Below the pieces are notes generated by a model. The model saw nothing but the letters and a program-made list of their open reading frames with translations. It was not told the origin of the DNA and did no database searches. A stretch of DNA of 55,613 bases, the filler included, from Catajapyx aquilonaris (lineage: Eukaryota): NCBI GenBank assembly GCA_000934665.2. It is 2 parts of 2 records of this genome, joined end to end, with 100 filler letters (N's around TTAATTAATTAA, not from the genome) between each part and the next. Parts side by side here need not be neighbours in the genome. Positions count along the whole stretch, not along the records: positions 27,861 to 55,613 come from JYFJ02005004.1; 1 more part is not named here. One strand, 5' to 3'. A program made the translations under genes and the position numbers. Shown here piece after piece: positions 47,685 to 55,613 of this stretch. Within the stretch, counting starts at the first letter, position 1, and each line of letters starts with the position of its first letter.

Positions 47685-49700
47685 TTATGGCTGGGAAGTA
47701 AAGTACATTCTTTGAAAGTTATTACGACAGTCTGTGCCAAGCAGATGTTACTTTCCAGAAATCATTATACAACAAAAATTGTCAAGTTTATTTTCCAAGT
47801 ATTTGTATTATTATTACCAGATGTGAATAGTGGCAACATAAATGTGCAGTGTTGAAGACAATAAAAGTAACTATTTAAAGGAAGATATTTGACTGACACA
47901 CGTTCAATGTCTTTTCAGTTCCTGAGCACTCTTAGTTCATTGGACCTAATTGGAAAATTAATTCAATACAAGTCATAACTGGATCCATTGGTTTTCATTT
48001 GCCGTTAACTTCCTATTTGTCTTGCGTCCATTCTTTTCTGTTCACCAGAGTGAATTAATTGGCCAATTAAGTCAAAGGAAAGGTTCTTTGACTCATCTGC
48101 TGAACTTATTATGTTGAAATTGTGTGTTTGGCAATAACTGAGACCTTGATTGTGTATGGTGATAACATTGCAGGACTTGAAGTACAGTAGTTCAAGACGT
48201 GGCCTATTCACTGCCCACAATTGCTGACAAAGATGTTGATCTTGCATAAGTTCATCCAATCTCATTATCATGTGTAGGTTCTGGGTTGTTTGCAGGCATC
48301 TAACATATCTTGGTGGAATTTGTAGTCTGCTAATGTCATTAAAAATTTCTAAGACGCAACACTTCATTGTGTGGCAATGATAATTAGTACTGTAGCTAAT
48401 GCTTTTGATAACCACTATTACATGTAACTGTGCAAAAGCCACTGCATGGCAAAGCATCCAATTGCCACAAAGATGCAATGAGCACTCTCCTCAATGACAG
48501 TTGACAGTCATGTGACTTATAGATACTCATTACACCTTACAGAATGATGAGCCATCTGCGATTGATCTCTGGACATCGCCTGCCTGATTCTGCCAAACCA
48601 ACAACCACTTGGGCCTCATCCAAAGCAACTTCTGGAATCAAGCGATGCGAGGTGCTGTCTTCACCAGATGCCACAACTCTTCTGTTGCCATCTACTCTCC
48701 TGGCAGACCAGGCATGGACATGGTAAGCATTACACTTCGTGTAATACACCTCATATGTTGAAGTGCTGAAGCTGTCCATGCAATGAATTGGGAATCCAGT
48801 GGATATTGGAAGCTAATTGCTCGGTCAGTGAGAACAGTAGTGATCAAAATAATTCCAAAATTCCCTAACCAGAGATTGGCATCACTCATTTTAAAATGGA
48901 TTAAATATTTTGTATTCATTTACCATATTCTCCAGGCCTATTTGTATATTTCCTCCCCAATCTTATTCCTAATTGCCTTCATTTCCATTCCATACACTTC
49001 ATATAAAATAGTTAATTGGAAAATGAATTCCATCTTGAAATGAATGGTGTCCATCACTGCCCACAACTGCTGTTGACAGTAGAGGCTTATAAACCATTTC
49101 AGTTCTGCACAAAAAGAGTTGAGTTACAGTCGAGAGACATTTTCAGTGTTATTCTCTATGGCTTGGAAGTAAAGTATACATTCTTTAAAAGTTATTATGC
49201 CACTTTAGGCCAAAATGATGTTATTTTCCAGCAATTATTATGCGACCAATATTCTACCTGTTAATTTTTTAAGCTTGTTTCGTCACAAGCCTTTAATTGC
49301 TAGTTGCGATGATGATGTTGCCAGTTGTATTAATAGTTTCCTAGTGTGCTGATGTCCATCTGTTCCGTTCTTGAGCACTCTTAGCCCATTGGACCTAATT
49401 TGCAAATTAATTCAATAGAAGTCATACCTGGATCCATTGCTTTTTAAGTCATAGGAAAGGTTCTTTGACTCATCTGCAGAACTGATTGTTTAAATTGTTT
49501 TTGGCAGATATCTTGATCACATTGCAGTATTTGAAGTACAGGATGTGGCCTATCAGCATCTTGCAGAAATGATTCCAATCTCATTTATGCAAATAGGGTT
49601 CTGAGTTCACAAACAGCAAATATTTATTATAACTTGGAGGAATTTGTAGTCTGCTAATGCCATTAAACATTTCTGAGACAATGGTTCTACAACATTGTGG
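47685..49700. repeat. Diverged direct duplication (47685-48370 versus 49157-49700)
   Basis: Shared blocks such as GGAAGTAAAGTA..CATTCTTT, GAGCACTCTTAG..CATTGGACCTAATT, GGAAAGGTTCTTTGACTCATCTGC and GGAATTTGTAGTCTGCTAATG occur in the same order ~1.3-1.5 kb apart. Confidence 0.8.
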
Positions 49701-50084
49701 TGACTGACCAAGTCTGTGGGAGAGTTTCATGTAGCCTTCTGTATTTCCAGTAAAATTCATAGTTAAAAGAAAATCAATGAAATTTTGTCTCCTGCAGAAA
49801 ATAGCTCCTAAAACTTTGGTAATCCTTTTCATTTTTTAGATTGTTGTGCAGCCTGAAGCATAACTGTTTTGTACATCCTGGAAAAGTATGGAGCAGCAAT
49901 CACAAGAGCCACCATTATTGTGGACATCTTTATTGCACAGCCTGGAAAGGATCAAGCAGCCTGAAGTACAACTGTTCTTTTGAACATCCTGGAAAAGAGC
50001 AGCAGTCAGAAAAACAACTGTTATTGTGGACATATTTATTGATATTTTTGTACAATGTATACTGGCTTGTAAGAAATAAAGAAA

Positions 50085-50324
50085 CAGTGCTTCGTTGTCT
50101 CTTCTCCCTCCGCCTGCTGATGGCCAGGGGCAGAAGAGGCTTCGGAGGATGGGGGCCCATGGGCAATGTAAGCTACGTTGCCTCCCCTATCCTCCCAGGG
50201 CTTGCCCTGGGGGGATAGGGGAAGGAGGGCAACGTAACTTACATTGTCCCACGTGCACCCCCATCCACCAAAGCCTCACCCTGCTGACCAACAGCAGGCA
50301 GAGGGGGGAGGGACAGAGGCACTG
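50085..50324. repeat. GC-rich ~240-bp imperfect palindrome
   Basis: Arms pair around a 4-nt loop at 50201-50204 (CCCAGGG-CTTG-CCCTGGG). Confidence 0.85.
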
Positions 50325-51049
50325 GAGTGAACGAATGAGAGACTCTCACTGGACTCTGAAAAAAGTTTACAGGGAAAAGGGGGAGGAGTCAACAAGACAG
50401 GCTCCGCGACAGCGGACTTTGCGAACGCAGGAGCGGCCGGGGCCGCCCGAAATTACGCCCGGACGACCCCGGCCTTTTTTCGACGACTCAAACTACGATA
50501 TTTTAGCCCGCAAGTTTTCCCCCCTTCGACGTCATGCACATGACGTCGAAGGGGGNGGGGGGGGGGGGGGGGGGGGGAAGCCTAAATGCAGGCGGTAAAT
50601 CGACCTCTCTTCAACATCATGGGCCAAGAAGTCTTAGCACGTGATGCCAAAAAGGGGAAGATCTGTAGTGGGGAAAGGATGCTGTTGACTGGAACCATCT
50701 GGGCTGCATATGACTGAAGAGAACAGGGATACAAGAAAAATGATGCTGATCATTTCAGTCAGGACTGGCTTCCAGGATGGCACCATCTCAGCAGCAGGCT
50801 GCAGATTATTTGCACTGAAAAGAGAATAATTAAATTTTCAATTCATAACATACAAGGAAAAGGTCAATGCAATTACATGGAATGTGGTTCTTCTTGTGCA
50901 CAGAAGTTGCACACATTTCAGCACCCTGACATTGAATTGATATTTCCCAGTCATAAAACAGCTCTATGTACACATGGTCTCGTCATTTTTCAACGAGAGC
51001 AATGCCAAAGAAGCTGACAATGGTCAAATTGCAGATCCTGATGGCATCT

Positions 51050-51620
51050 GCAGCAGAACTAATTAAGTGGCAATGAGGAATTCAAGCTCAGCACAGGACT
51101 GGTTTCCTCTCATTTCCCCAGAGAAAGCAGATACGTTCAGAATAATGTCATTTTATTGCTGTCAGGTAATTCTCTCACTAGTCAACATTGCACAGGAGCA
51201 AACACTCAAATCCATGCAACTGCATTGAGACCTTGATCTTTCACGATACTGACCTACAGCATGTCTCATCATGGGCATCCTCCTCTGGCGAAAATGGTCC
51301 TGGAAATCACTGAACCTGGAAGGAACAAAAATGCAAAATCAAATCAGGTGAAACATGCGCAATCCATGGTTATGCAAGACCCAATATACACTGAAGTGCC
51401 AAATGTCATGCAACAGCAACATGAAACTTTTAAGTCACAGGTGTTGTCGTGAGGCGAGGGGAACACAGCTCATGGCACTGCTTTGTGAGGATGTGAGATT
51501 CCAGCAGGATAATAATTGATTCAAGGAGCATTTTGATGTGGCCACTGAATCCAATCCAGCATAATTTATGGGACGTGGTGCTAAGGTGTTGTACTGCAGA
51601 TTTGGACAGTGATTTTGGAC
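51050..51620 (-). pseudogene. Decayed cysteine-containing LRR (FBXL/AMN1-like) remnant
   Basis: Minus-strand fragments QNHCPNLQYNTLAPRPINYAGLDSVATSKCSLNQLLSCWNLT and ARGGCP**DML*VSIVKDQGLNAVA resemble the xCPxLxxL...DxGLxxIA repeat; many stop codons. Confidence 0.35.
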
Positions 51621-52150
51621 TTGTGTATTTGTCTGTAGCCCCGTAGATAAATTGGGCACTTCGTGAATGTCTACTGATATTGGTCACATGCTATAGTGCA
51701 ATCTCCTGTGAAGAATTACAGCATATGCCCAGAAATATTGGACTGTTCGCGAAGTGTCAGCAACGGGTTGGACTGATGCCGCAATTCAGAATCTACCCAC
51801 AGTGTAGATGATCAGCTGAGCAAAACCAGAAGGTGTGGAGAGCATCAGGAGATGCCGAGTGCAGGCCATGACCTCCACACATTCCCTCATTACATTTCGT
51901 TTAGGTCATGGGCATGCACTGTGCATCTCCTGATGCCCTCCACACCTTCTAGTGTTGCTTAGCTGCTCATGTACACTGGGTAGAATTGCGGAATCTGTCC
52001 AACCCGTTGCTGACACTTCGCTAACACTCCAATATTTCCGGGCACACGTTGTAATAATTCTTCGCGGGAGATTGCACTACGGCATGTGTCCAATTTCAAC
52101 AGACATTTCAGGAAGTGCCCAATTTCGCGATGGGGCTACGACATATTCAC
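51620..52150. repeat. Long fold-back inverted repeat (~250-bp arms, ~28-nt spacer)
   Basis: Left arm ends CCATGACCT (51874) and right arm begins AGGTCATGG (51903); for example GAAGTGTCAGCAACGGGTTGGAC pairs with GTCCAACCCGTTGCTGACACTTC. Confidence 0.88.
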
Positions 52151-52282
52151 TGCGAAGCATACTTAGGCACTTGATGGAACCTGTGAGGAAAATGGTTACT
52201 GTTTGCAACATAACAAGCAATGACAAGGGCATTGTGACATTGATGATTTTAGAAAATGAATGTTTTAATGGCACCTTGTGGC

Positions 52283-52494
52283 CCCAACATCTTCCATATA
52301 TGCCTCATTAGAATATAAATTGTATTGTAACAAATGTTACAATTAATGCAACTTTATCTATTCTAATGTTGTCTATGGTCTACTTATCTATATGGTATAA
52401 TCACACAACTTATATTCTAATGTTATCTATACTTATATAATTCTAATTTTAATACAATTTATATTCTAATGAGGCATATGGAAGAAATGTTGAG
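52283..52494. repeat. AT-rich inverted repeat or MITE
   Basis: ATATGCCTCATTAGAATATAAATTGTATT pairs with AATACAATTTATATTCTAATGAGGCATAT. Confidence 0.75.
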
Positions 52495-55400
52495 GACAAG
52501 ATATTAAAACAAGATACATTTTCTACTCATTCATTTTTTGTAAGATATGGACATGAAGGTGATTTTCATGCTAGGTGAACTTCACTGGCAAATGGGGCAA
52601 GTACAGTGGTGCCCTGTTTATGTTGGGAGGAGATTTAAATAGCCACGCTAAATAATCAGATCAGTTACGAGAAAAATACCATTGAAGGGAAGACGTAACT
52701 GAAAGATTAATGCTCAGTACGTGCATTTTCATCGAAATTAAGCCTTGGAGTCAACATAACCGCATCAATGTCATATTGCTCGTTAACTTGCAAAGTAACC
52801 TATTTCCTCATAGGTTGAATCAAGTGCCTAAGTATGCCTCGCAGTGAATACACAACACTCACCACCAGTTGTTGAGAAGAATGGGGAAAAATGCTACTCA
52901 ACTCATTGCTTCCATCTGCCAAATTTAACGTTTAATTTCAATGCAACTTCTTTACAAATTAGCACTGCCAGGCCATTTTTCAGGGGTGGTACACCCATGT
53001 ACAGATTACAGGCGACTTTCCAAAGCATAATTAACATTTGATTGCCAAAATGTAATAGATTCAGTATTCATCAAGCATATGCTTTTGACTAGCAACCCTC
53101 AGAAAAAATCTCATTTCAACTGTCCTTATTTGATTGATTTCCATTTTAAGCACCTGCTGATAATTATAGGATTCCATAGTTCATTTTAATGCACAAGTTA
53201 TCATTCGGTTACCACAGCAATTCCCATTGAACATATCTAGAAACTTTAATTTCATTAATCCTGCCGCCTTCATCACATATCCCCTTGGACTGGGTCTCAC
53301 AAAATATTAAAGCACTATTTTGCACTGAAATGAAACCTATCACTACCTCATGTCAAATGTCTCTGCATCCCACTAGACAAGCCCCACATCAGTGCTCTGA
53401 TTGATGACCAGGGCGAGTTTTCAGCAGCGATTCCTAATTGATGCAGCCACAAACACGAATCAGACTGGAGGCATGCGTTTGGCAATGAACCTGACATACA
53501 CACGTCTGTCACTACTCCAAAGTACTGTACGTGGATGATCCCATTTCCCATCAAGACGCGAGGCACCAATAAATGAAAGCAAGACAATAGGACTCACCAA
53601 TAAGTGAGGCATCTGAAGTCACTAGAAGAACCATAATTGCGCTCGGGGCCGGTGATGAAATGAGATTACCATGTCTGTTGCTGGATGGAGTGTGTCAGCG
53701 AAATGAGTTGTCCATCGCAGCAGTCACGTCTCCAGAGCAACGTAGAATGACGTTTGAGGCTGTTTCTGCAAGGGTCCAATTTGTGAGAGATCAAAAATAA
53801 TTGTCAGGCAACAATAAGTCACTAATAAACTATGGAATGGGTTTAGGTTCTCTTAGCAGTTAAATGTACCTCAAGGGGATATTCCACACCTCCAAATTAT
53901 CAGAAAAATTGAACAATTATTTGCTATTGACAGGTTTCAATCAAAGGTAGGCTGCACCTTCATTATCAAGAACGTCCAGTAAAAATAATCCTGTCACATG
54001 GCAAAATCAATCCTGGAAGAAATCCTTTTTTTTACAATGCCCAATTTGAGTCAAAAAATTCGCAAACCGAAACTAGTTGAATTCTAGTGGAACCTCATGA
54101 CTACAGGTTATCGAGTGGGGTACAATGGGCCAGCTCGGCTGAACACGTAAGTTGCCAGTTTTAGTTAATTATTATGACTCGAAAAAAATCAGACATTCTA
54201 CCATTATTGCAAACGTTGCAATAAAAATTTCCACACATCCCCATAGCCTCCTGGAGCCATTTTAAAGGTTAAAAACTCGCAAATTAGCCAAACCCTGATT
54301 TTCAGCAATGCAATGTAAAATATTGGTGTTTCAATATTTTGCTTCATCTACAAATCCCCCACTGGACACAGTAATTGGTAGGAAAATTAATAATGGACGA
54401 GGTCAGAGGGTTGTGTTGGTGAGATATGCATCTTGGATACTCACCAGAATAATTGTTGATGGTCGTCAAGTTCTTCCTGTTGACAACGCAGCCCGAGGAC
54501 CATTTTGACTGTCAGCGTCTCGTCCTCGATCCCAAAAGTGATGGCCTTCAGTGTTTGTCTGACTGACCTGGAAACAATACTCAATATTAATATACGCCAC
54601 AGTATTTCACGAGTTGACTGGTTCAATGGCAGAGTGTGTAACCTGCACTTGCACCAATGCATGTATAGTACTATCCCCTATAGCCATATACTATTAGGTA
54701 TGCTTACCATTGTGCAGCAGGTCCGTTCAGGGAGCCATCGAACCTTCTCAAAGCAAGTCCTGGCAGAGAAAGAAGGGTTGGACTCATTGGAGGTGGTGCG
54801 CATGTCTTATCTACAGCAAAATGCCTATAGATTCGATCTTACTAGTCCGATGCAACTGGAGTTCGAGACCGCCTCGAGTCGAGTGCAATGCATGATGGTC
54901 AATTCTTGTTATCAGAATGAAGACAACATTACACGAAGGTCAGCTTTCGTCACACAAAAATCATCACTTCTGGACGTATTTTAACCCTGTCTAATAACCT
55001 GCTGGTCCAATCGTCCTATTGGAATGATTATTAATTAATAATTAATATTGTTGTGATAGACTTCATCTGCCCCTGCCTACCCTATAGTTGGCCCAAAACC
55101 TTGCAGTGTTGCAATTATTTACAGCTCTGCTAGTTTTATGATGTTCATCATGTTGTATTCAGTCCATTGGTTTTATCATTTATAAGCGATGAGGTGACAA
55201 ATATATCTTGCTTTAAAATGCATCGATTTGTACCAAACAAGATTTCTCAGCAAGCTTGGAAGAATTTCTGGAGACCTCTTTTTTGCTTTTAAGTAACTGT
55301 CATTATTTAGCCTCCCAAGTCAGTCAAAAGCTGGACACGGTGAGCAATAGCAGCTCTCAAAAATAGGTCAGGAAGAGATAATAATTATACATACTCAGTT

Positions 55401-55613
55401 AAAAATGACACCATCTTAAATACAATTATAACTTATTCTCATTTGGACTCAATATTGCAGGGTATAAGAAAAGTGAACTACTTGTATGTTACAGTAATTA
55501 ATTAATGATTAACAAAAAATCAAAAATTAAAAGTCAAGGTACACGTGGAATTACTTTTGAGCAGGTGAGGATATTCCAGTGCATACTGGATGTGACGTCC
55601 GTCGTTTGAACGT

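Overview
Eukaryotic (arthropod-like) genomic DNA with many ~60-nt GT-AG introns. It consists of two segments joined at 27761-27860 by an artificial 100-nt spacer (N44-TTAATTAATTAA-N44), so linkage across that point is unproven. The left segment is transposon-dense. It holds the last three exons of ferrochelatase, a frameshifted 5-exon pseudogene with a degenerate C2H2 finger and a BEN-like domain, an intact 4-exon minus-strand gene for a ~169-aa stand-alone ATF7IP/Windei-type FN3 protein (split across introns and only partly visible in the ORF track), and a divergently oriented PWWP/AT-hook (HDGF-related/LEDGF-like) gene cut by the spacer. The right segment holds complete Paip2, alpha-catenin and BNIP3 genes, followed by a decayed region with LRR-like remnants and long inverted repeats. 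Mobile DNA includes mariner and maT derivatives (two folded back on their own 3' ends), piggyBac-, Kolobok- and Harbinger-like MITEs, Helitron-like elements, a LINE 3' fragment and six tRNA-derived SINEs; five of the SINEs share a covarying 3' stem-loop with that LINE. All family assignments are from manual motif recognition; no database search was run.
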